Positions 40,901-53,914 of a DNA stretch of 64,000 nucleotides are shown in pieces. This stretch comes from Eledone cirrhosa. Taxonomy: Eukaryota. Positions within the stretch are counted from its first letter, which is position 1, and the number at the start of each line of letters is the position of its first letter. The stretch is from contig OZ024740.1 of the NCBI GenBank assembly GCA_964016885.1, positions 50,034,001 through 50,098,000 on the forward strand, read 5' to 3'. Under the pieces are notes generated by a model. It was not told where the DNA came from and did not search any database. It saw nothing but the letters and a program-made list of their open reading frames with translations. Position numbers and translations under genes: made by a program.

Positions 40901-43900
40901 TCTATATTGTATAAGACTGTAGTATTTATATTGTATAAGACTGTAGCATTTATATTGTATAAGACTGTAGCATTTATATTGTATAAGACTTAGAATTTAT
41001 ATTGTATAAGACTGTAGCATTTATATTGTATAAGACTGTAGCATGTATATTGTATAAGACTTAGAATTTATATTGTATAAGACTGTAGCATTTATATTGT
41101 ATAAGACTAGCATTTATATTGTATAAGACTGTAGTATTTATATTGTATAAGACTGTAGTATTTATATTGTATAAGACTGTAGTATTTATATTGTATAAGA
41201 CTGTAGCATTTATATTGTATAAGACTGTAGCATTTATATTGTATAAGACTGTAGCATTTATATTGTATAAGACTGTAGCATTTATATTGTATAAGACTGT
41301 AGTATTTATATTGTATAAGACTGTAGCATTTATATTGTATAAGACTGTAGCATTTATATTGTATAAGACTGTAGTATTTATATTGTATAAGACTCTAGTA
41401 TTTATATTGTATAAGACTTAGCATTTATATTATATAAGACTGTAGTATTTATATTGTATAAGACTGTAGTATTTATATTGTATAAGACTGTAGCATTTAT
41501 ATTGTATAAGACTGTAGCATTTATATTGTATAAGACTGTAGCATTTATATTATATAAGACTGTAGTATTTATATTGTATAAGACTTAGCATTTATATTGT
41601 ATAAGACTGTAGCATTTATATTACATAAGACTTAGCATTTATATTGTATAAGACTGTAGCATTTATATTGTATAAGACTGTAGCATTTATATTATATAAG
41701 ACTGTAGTATTTATATTGTATAAGACTTAGCATTTATATTGTATAAGACTGTAGCATTTATATTATATAAGACTGTAGTATTTATATTGTATAAGACTGT
41801 AGCATTTATATTGTATAAGACTGTAGCATTTATATTGTATAAGACTTAGCATTTATATTGTATAAGACTGTAGCATTTATATTGTATAAGACTGTAGCAT
41901 GTATATTGTATAAGACTAGCATTTATATTGTATAAGACTGTAGTATTTATATTATATAAGACTGTAGCATTTATATTGTATAAGACTGTAGTATTTATAT
42001 TATATAAGACTGTAGTATTTATATTGTATAAGACTGTAGCATTTATATTATATAAGACTGTAGTATTTATATTGTATAAGACTGTAGTATTTATATTATA
42101 TAAGACTGTAGCATTTATATTGTATAAGACTGTAGTATATATATTGTATAAGACTGTAGCATTTATATTGTATAAGACTGTAGCATTTATATTATATAAG
42201 ACTGTAGTATTTATATTGTATAAGACTGTAGCATTTATATTGTATAAGACTGTAGCATTTATATTGTATAAGACTTAGCATTTATATTATATAAGACTGT
42301 AGTATTTATATTGTATAAGACTGTAGTATTTATATTATATAAGACTGTAGCATTTATATTGTATAAGACTGTAGTATTTATATTGTATAAGACTTAGCAT
42401 CTATATTGTATAAGACTTAGCATTTATATTGTATAAGACTTAGCATTTATATTGTATAAGACTGTAGCATTTATATTGTATAAGACTGTAGCATTTATAT
42501 TGTATAAGACTGTAGCATTTATATTGTATAAGACTGTAGCATTTATATTGTATAAGACTGTAGCATTTATATTGTATAAGACTGTAGCATTTATATTGTA
42601 TAAGACTGTAGTATTTATATTGTATAAGACTTATCATTTATATTATATAAGACTGTAGTATTTATATTATATAAGACTGTAGTATTTATATTATATAAGA
42701 CTGTAGCATTTATATTGTATAAGACTGTAGTATTTATATTGTATAAGACTTAGCATTTATATTGTATAAGACTTAGCATTTATATTGTATAAGACTTTAG
42801 CATTTATATTGTATAAGACTGTATCATTTATATTGTATAAGACTGTAGCATTTATATTGTATAAGACTGTAGCATTTATATTGTATAAGACTGTAGCATT
42901 TATATTGTATAAGACTGTAGCATTTATATTGTATAAGACTGTAGCATTTATATTGTATAAGACTGTTGTATTTATATTGTATAAGACTGTAGTATTTATA
43001 TTATATAAGACTGTAGCATGTATATTGTATAAGACTGTAGTATTTATATTGTATAAGACTGTAGCATTTATATTGTATAAGACTAGCGTTTATATTGTAT
43101 AAGACTGTAGCATTTATATTGTATAACACTGTAGTATTTATATTGTATAAGACTGTAGTATTTATATTATATAAGACTGTAGCATTTATATTGTATAAGA
43201 CTGTAGCATTTATATTGTATAAGACTGTAGCATTTATATTTTATCAGACTGTAGCATTTATATTGTATAAGACTGTAGTATTTATATTGTATAAGACTTA
43301 TCATTTATATTATATAAGACTGTAGTATTTATATTGTATAAGACTGTAGTATTTATATTGTATAAGACTGTAGTATTTATATTGTATAAGACTGTAGCAT
43401 TTATATTGTATAAGACTAGCATTTATATTGTATAAGACTGTAGCATTTATATTATATAAGACTGTAGTATTTATGTTGTATAAGACTGTAGCATTTATAT
43501 TATATAAGACTGTAGCATTTATATTGTATTAGACTGTAGCATTTATATTGTATAAGACTGTAGCATTCATATTGTATAAGACTGTAGCATTTATATTATA
43601 TAAGACTGTAGTATTTATATTGTATAAGACTGTAGTATTTATATTGTATAAGACTGTAGTATTTATATTGTATAAGACTGTAGCATTTATATTGTATAAG
43701 ACTGTAGCATTTATATTGTATAAGACTGTAGCATCTATATTGTATAAGACTAGCATTTATATTGTATAAGACTGTAGTATTTATATTGTATAAGACTGTA
43801 GTATTTATATTGTATAAGACTGTAGCATTTATATTGTATAAGACTTAGCATTTATATTGTATAAGACTGTAGTATTTATGTTGTATAAGACTGTAGTATT

Positions 43901-46900
43901 TATATTGTATAAGACTAGCATTTATATTGTATAAGACTGTAGTATTTATATTGTATAAGACTGTAGTATTTATATTATATAAGACTGTAGTATTTATATT
44001 GTATAAGACTTAGCATTTATATTGTATAAGACTAGCATTTATATTGTATAAGACTGTAGTATTTATATTGTATAAGACTGTAGCATTTATATTGTATAAG
44101 ACTTAGCATTTATATTGTATAAGACTAGCATTTATATTGTATAAGACTATAGCATTTATATTGTATAAGACTGTAGCATCTATATTGTATAAGACTAGCA
44201 TTTATATTGTATAAGACTGTAGTATTTATATTGTATAAGACTAGCATCTATATTGTATAAGACTGTAGCATTTATATTGTATAAGACTTAGCATTTATAT
44301 TGTATAAGACTATAGCATTTATATTGTATAAGACTGTAGCATCTATATTGTATAAGACTAGCATTTATATTGTATAAGACTGTAGTATTTATATTGTATA
44401 AGACTAGCATCTATATTGTATAAGACTGTAGCATTTATATTGTATAAGACTGTAGTATTTATGTTATATAAGACTGTAGTATTTATATTGTATAAGACTG
44501 TAGAATTTATATTATATAAGACTGTAGTATTTATATTGTATAAGACTGTAGCATTTATATTATATAAGACTGTAGTATTTATATTATATAAGATTGTAGC
44601 ATTTATATTGTATAAGACTAGCATTTATATTATATAAGACTGTAGAAATTATATTGTATAAGTTTAGCATTTATATTATATAAGACTGTAGCATATATAT
44701 TGTATAAGACTGTAGTATTTATATTATATAAGACTAGCATTTATATTGTATAAGACTGTAGTATTTATATTGTATTAGACTGTAGTATTTATATTGTATA
44801 AGACTGTAGTATTTATATTGTATTAGACTGTAGTATTTATATTGTATAAGACTGTAGTATTTATATTATATAAGACTAGCATTTATATTGTATAAGACTA
44901 GCATCTATATTGTATAAGACTTAGCATTTATATTGTATAAGACTGTAGTATTTATATTGTATAAGACTGTAGTATTTATATTGTATTAGACTGTAATATT
45001 TATATTGTATAAGACTGTAGTATTTATATTATATAAGACTGTAGTATTTATATTGTATAAGACTGTAGCATTTATATTGTATAAGACTGTAGCATCTATA
45101 TTGTATAAGACTGTAGCATTTATATTGTATTAGACTGTAATATTTATATTGTATAAGACTGTAGTATTTATATTATATAAGACTGTAGTATTTATATTGT
45201 ATAAGACTGTAGCATTTATATTGTATAAGACTGTAGCATCTATATTGTATAAGACTAGCATTTATATTGTATAAGACTAGCATCTATATTGTATAAGACT
45301 GTAGTATTTATATTGTATAAGACTAGCATTTATATTGTATAAGACTAGCATTTATATTGTATAAGACTAGCATCTATATTGTATAAGACTGTAGTATTTA
45401 TATTGTCTAAGACTAGCATTTATATTATATAAGACTGTAGTATTTATATTGTATAAGACTGTAGTATTTATATTGTATAAGACTGTAGCATCTATATTGT
45501 ATAAGACTAGCATTTATATTATATAAGACTGTAGTATTTATATTGTATAAGACTAGCATTTATATTATATAAGACTGTAGTATTTATATTGTATAAGACT
45601 GTAGTATTTATATTGTATAAGACTGTAGTATTTATATTGTATAAGACTGTAGCATTTATATTGTATAAGACTGTAGTATTTGTATTGTATAAGACTGTAG
45701 TATTTATATTGTATAAGACTGTAGCATCTATATTGTATAAGACTGTAGTATTTATATTATATAAGACTTTAGCATCTATATTGTATAAGACTGTAGCATT
45801 TATATTGTATAAGACTGTAGTATTTATATTGTATAAGACTGTAGTATTTATATTATTTTATTGTAGTATTTATATATTTATACTGTAGTATTTATATTGT
45901 ATAAGACTGTAGCATTTATATTGTATAAGACTGTAGCATCTATATTGTATAAGACTAGCATTTATATTGTATAAGACTAGCATCTATATTGTATAAGACT
46001 GTAGTATTTATATTATATAAGACTGTAGCATCTATATTGTATAAGACTGTAGCATCTATATTGTATAAGACTGTAGTATTTATATTGTATAAGACTGTAG
46101 TATTTATATTGTATAAGACTGTAGTATTTATATTATTTTATTGTAGTATTTATATATTTATACTGTAGTATTTATATTATTTTATTATAGTATTTATATA
46201 TTTTATTGTATAAGACTGTAGTATTTATATTGTATAAGACTGTAGCATTTATATTATATAAGACTGTAGTATTTATATTGTATAAGACTAGCATTTATAT
46301 TATATAAGACTGTAGCATTTATATTGTATAAGACTGTAGTATTTATATTATATAAGACTGTAGTATTTATATTGTTTAAGACTGTAGTATTTATATTGTA
46401 TAAGACTTAGCATTTATATTGTATAAGACTGTAGTATTTATATTATATAAGACTGTAGCATTTATATTGTATAAGACTGTAGTATTTATATTGTATAAGA
46501 CTGTAGTATTTATATTATATAAGACTGTAGTATTTATATTGTATAAGACTGTAGTATTTATATTGTATAAGACTGTAGTATTTATATTATATAAGACTGT
46601 AGTATTTATATTGTATAAGACTGTAGTATTTATATTGTATAAGACTGTAGTATTTATATTATATAAGACTGTAGTATTTATATTATATAAGACTGTAGTA
46701 TTTATATTGTATAAGACTGTAGTATTTATATTGTATAAGACTGTAGTATTTATATTATATAAGACTGTAGTATTTATATTATATAAGACTGTAGTATTTA
46801 TATTGTATAAGACTGTAGTATTTATATTGTATAAGACTTAGCATTTATATTGTATAAGACTGTAGTATTTATATTATATAAGACTAGCATTTATATTATA

Positions 46901-47976
46901 TAAGACTGTAGTATTTATATTGTATAAGACTTAGCATTTATATTGTATAAGACTGTAGTATTTATATTATATAAGACTAGCATTTATATTGTATAAGACT
47001 GTAGTATTTATATTGTATAAGACTAGCGTTTATATTATATAAGACTGTAGTATTTATATTGTATAAGACTTAGCATTTATATTATATAAGACTGTAGCAT
47101 TTATATTGTATAAGACTGTAGTATTTATATTGTATAAGACTGTAGTATTTATATTGTATAAGACTAGCATTTATATTGTATAAGACTGTAGCATTTATAT
47201 TGTATAAGACTGTAGTATTTATATTATATAACACTAGCATTTATATTGTATAAGACTGTAGTATTTATATTATATAACACTAGCATTTATATTGTATAAG
47301 ACTGTAGTATTTATATTATATAACACTAGCATTTATATTGTATAAGACTGTAGTATTTATATTATATAAGACTGTAGCATTTATATTGTATAAGACTTAG
47401 CATTTATATTGTATAAGACTGTAGTATTTATATTATATAAGACTGTAGTATTTATATTATATAAGACTGTAGTATTTATATTATATAAGACTGTAGTATT
47501 TATATTGTATAAGACTGTAGTATTTATATTGTATAAGACTGTAGCATTTATATTGTATAAGACTGTAGTATTTATAGTATATAAGACTGTAGTATTTATA
47601 TTATATAAGACTGTAGTATTTATATTGTATAAGACTGTAGCATTTATATTGTATAAGACTGTAGTATTTATATTATATAAGACTGTAGTATTTATATTAT
47701 ATAAGACTGTAGTATTTATATTGTATAAGACTGTAGCATTTATATTGTATAAGACTAGCATTTATATTGTATAAGACTATTGTATAAGACTGTAGCATTT
47801 ATATTGTATAAGACTGTAGCATTTATATTATATAAGACTGTAGTATTTATATTGTATAAGACTGTAGCATTTATATTATATAAGACTGTAGCATTTATAT
47901 TATATAAGACTGTAGTATTTATATTGTATAAGACTGTAGCATTTATATTGTATAAGACTGTAGCATTTATATTGTA
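28980..47976 (+). repeat. Giant intronic minisatellite, 24-bp consensus ACTGTAGYATTTATATTRTATAAG with 22- and 23-bp variants (roughly 800 units, estimated from length)
   Basis: Tandem periodicity is directly visible. Variants ACTAG (22 bp) and ACTTAG (23 bp); C/T and G/A dimorphic positions. Confidence 0.98.
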
Positions 47977-48493
47977 CTAGCATTAAAGCCCGGCGTTGCT
48001 CGGGGTCGCTCAGTAGCTGTGTTAAAGTTACAATGTTAAATTTCTTTTTTGGCTTAAAAACTGTAGTGTCTACTGTGCAGACTTGCATGTGGTGTTTTTG
48101 ATTAATATTCCCTCAACCAACAATATGCCTTATGAAGTTAAGAAAACATAACGATAACCCGAATGTTATAACAAAAGAGGATGCTGGGGATAAAAACTGC
48201 ACTGGTTATTTATTAACAAAGACTGAGAAAGCCAGCGTAATTTTTTACGTAAGACGCTCAATGTAAACAGAACAAAGGGAAATAACTGATAACTTACGCT
48301 CAAAAATCGATACATTATATTCGATTTCGTCACATAGGGTGGGTCAATTTGAAATATTTTTTTTTCCGATGTCTTCGCTAGGGCTCAATGTACAAGTCTC
48401 GCAATTTCGGTGCAATTCCGTGAGAGATTCTAAGAGGAGATGTGTGCCAAAAATCGATAGACAGACAGACAACCACAGTTTTATATATATAGA
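47977..48493 (-). mobile_element. Non-autonomous Helitron, 517 bp
   Basis: Minus strand begins TCTATATATATAAA, has (CTGT)n near the 5' end, and ends with hairpin CCCGAGCAACGCCGGG 8 nt before CTAG. Inserted between A and T with no TSD; removing it restores ATTGTA|TAAGACT, an exact repeat unit. Confidence 0.9.
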
Positions 48494-49391
48494 TAAGACT
48501 TAGCATTTATATTGTATAAGACTTAGCATTTATATTGTATAAGACTGTAGCATTTATATTGTATAAGACTTAGCATTTATATTGTATAAGACTGTAGCAT
48601 TTATATTATATAAGACTGTAGTATTTATATTGTATAAGACTGTAGCATTTATATTGTATAAGACTGTAGCATTTATATTGTATAAGACTTAGCATTTATA
48701 TTGTATAAGACTTAGCATTTATTTTGTATAAGACTGTAGCATTTATATGGTATAAGACTGTAGTATTTATATTGTATAAGACTGTAGCATTTATATTATA
48801 TAAGACTGTAGTATTCATATTATATAAGACTGTAGCATTTATATTGTATAAGACTAGCATTTATATTATATAAGACTGTAGCATTTATATTATATAAGAC
48901 TAGCATTTATATTGTATAAGACTAGCATTCATATTATATAAGACTAGCATTTATATGGTATAAGACTTAGCATTTATATTATATAAGACTAGATTTATAT
49001 TATATAAGACTGTAGCATTTATATTATATAAGACTAGATTTATATTATATAAGACTGTAGCATTTATATTATATAAGACTAGATTAATATTATATAAGAC
49101 TGTAGCATTTATATTATATAAGACTAGATTTATATTATATAAGACTGTAGCATTTATATTGTATAAGACTGTAGTATTTATATTGTATAAGACTGTAGTA
49201 TTTATATTGTATAAGATTAGCATTTATATTATATAAGATTGTAGTATTTATATTGTATAAGACTTAGCATTTATATTATATAAGACTGTAGTATTTATAT
49301 TATATAAGACTGTAGCATTTATATTGTATAAGACTAGCATTTATATTATATAAGACTAGATTTGTATTATATAAGACTGTAGCATTTATAT
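48494..49391 (+). repeat. Continuation of the minisatellite after the Helitron insertion
   Basis: Same unit resumes in register; includes a 21-bp ACTAGATT variant. Confidence 0.97.
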
Positions 49392-50019
49392 CGTTCAGTG
49401 GATCTTTAGAATCTTCGGCAATATGTTACATAGTAATTTTATATCAAAGACAAAATGAAATCGTTATTTTCTGTAGCTAAACCCTGCACTGTTAGTAAAA
49501 TACCAAATTGATTTGTAGTCTCTAAGGGCTTAATTTATGTGGTATGTCTAATACGCTTCACGGTATAATATAGACCAGTGTTGCTTTTAGGGGAGTTAAC
49601 TCCTTCCTTGGCTAAGTTTTTCCTGTAGATATTCAGCTGTGCCACAAACAACATCACTCTCCTCACTAATGTAGGAGCACCTTCCTCTTTTGTATAACAT
49701 ATAAAAAAAATATTAGTTTGTAATAATGTCAACAAAGAAGTCTCTACGTGGTTACTTGCTTTGCTAGAATTAGCTGTTAAATCTCAGTCTTAAAAAGGAA
49801 TGAGACATGATAATGTACACCTAAATACACTATCGCTAAACAAATACGGTTAGGCTACAACTGAAAGGCCTTTGATTACATGCCTGCTCAATCTTTTCAC
49901 CGTTGACCTGAGACTACAGAAATAACAATTTAGTGAGAAACCTTTCTGAAATTACGTTTGTTTAGTGATTTGCAAAGTGTTTTCTAAGGGAGCAAGTTTA
50001 GCCGTATTATTGTGTCTTG

Positions 50020-50212
50020 GCAGTGGATTGGCAGTATCGGTAGAGGGTCTGACGCCATGCTTTGCAGCAAAGAGTTACGGCCCTTTATGGTCTGAGTTCA
50101 AATCCCGCCGAGGTTAACTTTGCCTTTCATCCTTACGGGGTCGATAAAATAAAGTACCAGTAATGCACTGAGGTAATTGCTGGCCTTGTGCCAAAAGTAG
50201 AAACAATTATTA
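50020..50212 (+). mobile_element. tRNA-derived SINE, family 1, ~70 bp upstream of exon 2
   Basis: Well-preserved A and B boxes, core and tail. Confidence 0.82.
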
Positions 50213-50285
50213 TGTCTATAAAACAAAGAAAGTAAATTGAAACTAAAATATTTGAAATCCTTAATACATTTTTTTATCGCTGCAG

Positions 50286-50512
50286 ATTAGCAGTAAGCCG
50301 ATTATGGAATTATACAGAGAACCTCAATATCCTCAAAGAAGAACACTGGAAACAAAAAGTCGACGAAAAATTAAAATATTTCCAGCTGGAAATCTTCAAA
50401 GCTGTCAAAAATGATGGATGGGATGGAAGCGACGAGGTTTCTACGGATTATGAAGGCCAGTGGTCATTTTCAGGAGCGTTGCTTTTCTCTGTAACGGTCA
50501 TCACAACAATAG
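50286..50512 (+). CDS. K2P channel coding exon 2 (cap domain and pore helix 1)
   Basis: Acceptor tttttatcgctgcAG ends at 50285. Reads (R)LAVSRLWNYTENLNILKEEHWKQKVDEKLKYFQLEIFKAVKNDGWDGSDEVSTDYEGQWSFSGALLFSVTVITTI(G). Donor G|GTAGGT at 50513, phase 1. Confidence 0.93.
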
Positions 50513-51042
50513 GTAGGTTAAAACATAAACTTGTGCAATACACATATTTACTTAGTTTCTGTTATCTTCCACTACGCTACCAAACAGAGGAAACAAAAAC
50601 GTCTTCTAAATACTTGGTTCAGTTAAGTATTGCAAATATGAACTTTATATTTCTTTATTTGACTTTCTTTGTCTTTATCACGAACATGAACAGAACAAGA
50701 TGCGATATTCTAGAACTTATAACATATATCCCAGGCTTCATATTCATTTGAAGGTAGCACGGTAATCTAAACACCAGTCAACTGTGTAATGTTGCTGTTG
50801 CTTATAACTGTCACCTGCAATTCGTCACAATAACGATATACAGAGGCAACGTGTGTCTCGAAGCAAATATCGTGTGTCACTGATAACCTGTTACAAATTT
50901 TCTACCTTAAGTAAATAAATTGGTGCCACTCTGTTTTATATGAACAATAATTCAATATAGAGGAATTTCAATTTATTAAAAATATCAGATTTTTTCAAAA
51001 AGAACTTTCTAGGTGCAAAAGCATGGACACACACACACACAC

Positions 51043-51094
<52 letters not shown>

Positions 51095-51357
51095 TTTGGC
51101 TGATAATACCTTACCGGCGCCACTCGAATAAGGTAATGGGGTCCTAACGGGTACTACCTCTCTGGGCCAGAGCAGACCTGGGAGTGATAACAACTAAGGG
51201 GCAACTCCACATTCCCCACAGCTTCTGAACTCCCGAACTGGAGCCTTTCCACTGGATGCAGTTTAATGTCATACCCGGACATGGCTTTAAAAATGAGGCT
51301 TGTTTGCATAATTGCAAACGAATCGAATATTATTAATATTCGAAAAACTCAGATTAC

Positions 51358-51430
<73 letters not shown>

Positions 51431-51447
51431 TATATATATATATAAAT

Positions 51448-51520
<73 letters not shown>

Positions 51521-51769
51521 TTAAGAAAGTACATTAACTGACCGTTCTGTACTGTATATTTTTACCAGCTCTGACAGTTAGCAGGTGAACAGTCAGCTGT
51601 ACTGTTGAAGGGTAATACCCAGAAACATTAGTGTCCGCATTTCTGTTTACATGCCAACACAAGAGCAAGTATGAGGGGCTCATTCTACTGACATGACTTT
51701 AAAAATGAGGCTTGCTTGCATAATTGCAAACGAATCGAATATTATTAATATTCGAAAAACTCAGATTAC

Positions 51770-51858
<89 letters not shown>

Positions 51859-51865
<7 letters not shown>

Positions 51866-52025
51866 TGTAAGCTATCGCCGTATTTTGACTAAAGAAATTA
51901 AAGAAATTATTTAGCCTGATAGTGGGATTAAGAACCATCGGAGAAATGGAAAAAGATGAGTATTGACGTATATGTACGTTAATACTCATCTTTAGTCAAA
52001 ATACGGCGATAGCTTACATTTCTAA
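51859..52025. repeat. Short foldback element with 37-bp terminal inverted repeats, between (TA)n tracts
   Basis: ttagaaatgtaagctatcgccgtattttgactaaaga and its exact reverse complement at ~51989-52025, plus an internal hairpin at ~51952-51993. Confidence 0.7.
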
Positions 52026-52061
52026 TAATTTCAAACCCACTCGCTGTTTCGAAAATATTCT

Positions 52062-52138
<77 letters not shown>

Positions 52139-52245
52139 TATTTTGCAATACACTGTATTTCGAAGCATTTCGAAGACCTTACGCTATTGTTTTAGAGTAG
52201 TGACAGTCTCACTTACTTTAAATTTTCAATAAACAGGGGATATAA

Positions 52246-52290
52246 AGCTGACAGAGCTCTGTTTCGTACTTTTTGGTACTTATCAAAGCT
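52246..52290 (-). ncRNA. Inverted copy of the U3-A8 hammerhead motif
   Basis: Exact reverse complement of 52533-52577. Confidence 0.7.
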
Positions 52291-52532
52291 AAGTACTCCA
52301 CCTGTTCGCTGAAAACAATAGCGTAAGGTCTTCGAAATGCTTTTAATTAAGCATACAGTGTATTGCAAAATACACTATATATACATTCATATATATTGCT
52401 ATTTCAGAGCACCAATTCTAATTTTCAATTTCTGCTTGACCGGCAACCGCTCTGTATAATCAGTTCCTGATTATTACTAGAATTCTATAAGAATCAAACA
52501 TTCGTGATTTTCAGCCAACAGATGGAATACTT

Positions 52533-52577
52533 AGCTTTGATAAGTACCAAAAAGTACGAAACAGAGCTCTGTCAGCT
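52533..52577 (+). ncRNA. Hammerhead ribozyme motif, U3-A8 covariant
   Basis: AGCT-TTGATAA-GTAC(CAAAAA)GTAC-GAA-ACAGAGCTCTGT-C-AGCT; all three helices pair. Confidence 0.7.
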
Positions 52578-52724
52578 TTATATCCCCTGCTTGCTGAAAA
52601 TTTAAAGTAAGTGAGACTGTCACTACTCTACGTAAGGTCTTCGAAATGCTTTTAATTAAGCATACAGTGTATTGCAAAATACACTATATATACATTCATA
52701 TATATCGCTATTTCAGAGCACCAA

Positions 52725-52802
<78 letters not shown>

Positions 52803-53024
52803 TTAAGAAAGTACATTAGCTGACCGTTCTGTACACTAAATACACACGTGGATCGTTGGCCTCGTAAAGATATTGTGCCGTAAATTGTGCAATTCGACAT
52901 CAACGTGAACATTTGACAAAAAAAAATGGTTACATAACAGATTTTATCTCTACGTGAACAGAAAAACTGATCAATCTGATTAGTTTCTTAGTTTTCAAAT
53001 GTAAATAATGAACAGGGTAGGTGA

Positions 53025-53800
53025 CAGTACGTACCCTTGGTGGATTGCGACTCCCACATTGAATGGTTTCGATTTAGTACCATTTATCCGAACACAAATA
53101 CTCGGACATTCCTATAAACACATCAGGGCATCAAGAAGCTGACCATTGATCCCATACTCCTGCAGAACCTTCCACAGTAGGTCCCGAGGAATGCGGTCAT
53201 ATGCCTTTTCAAGGTCTACAAAACCAGAATATACCTCTTGGCAATACTCCCACGATTTCTCGAATATCTGCCGCAGTGTAAATATTTAGTCGGCAGTGCT
53301 GCATTCGGGGCGAAAACCGCACTGTTCATCAGCTAGCTTGAACTCGACAATCTCGCTGCATCTCTGTGCCAGACACTTAGCATTGACTTTACCTGAGATG
53401 CTTAACAAGATCTCTATAATTGGAATAATTTCCCTTTTTGAAAATTGGGAGTATCACTCCTGATTGCCTTAGATACCTGTCCAAAGATCCAAACCACCTG
53501 ACACACACGAGTCAGTCAGAGAATACCTTTTATATTTAAGGCTTTTAACATCTTGGGCAGGATTTCATCTTCCTCAGCGGCCTTGCCACATTTGAGCGCT
53601 TTAACTGCTCGTGACCTCAGCCTCAGAGAGATTAGTCACTCCTTTCCATGTCACGTGGTCAGTGCCAACATGTGCATTGAAGTCTCCCACATATGACTGA
53701 GTCTTAACGACATCTAACACTGCAGCGACTTCATCAAGAAAGGATCTGTATTTGGACTCCTTGTTTGGTGCATAAACTTTCACCACCCACAGAGGCATGA
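53025..53800 (-). mobile_element. Decayed RTE-clade LINE (APE and RT fragments)
   Basis: VKVYAPN...VGDFNAHVG (APE) and GFVDLEKAYDRIPRDLLWKVLQEYGI (RT). Confidence 0.75.
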
Positions 53801-53914
53801 ACGCATCCGCGCAAAAGACGATGCAGTATGGTCCCTTTTTGATCCTATCACCATATTGCAGTTTTGGTGGTCTTATTCGCACCAGTCACCAGTCTGGTAC
53901 TTTCTCAAACTCGG

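Larger units (their letters stand above)
52134..52730. mobile_element. Penelope-like terminal remnant with direct and inverted repeats, embedded in (TA)n
   Basis: ~52134-52192 is inverted at ~52312-52377; ~52193-52310 is inverted at ~52510-52630; ~52322-52420 is repeated directly at ~52631-52730. Carries two hammerhead motifs. Confidence 0.65.

Noticed and set aside
28980-49391. CRISPR-like array
   Set aside because: Units are contiguous with no unique spacers, there are no cas genes, and the context is eukaryotic.
51110-51278. Possible HDV-like ribozyme in a repeat-like segment
   Set aside because: I could not build the nested double pseudoknot by eye; left unclassified.
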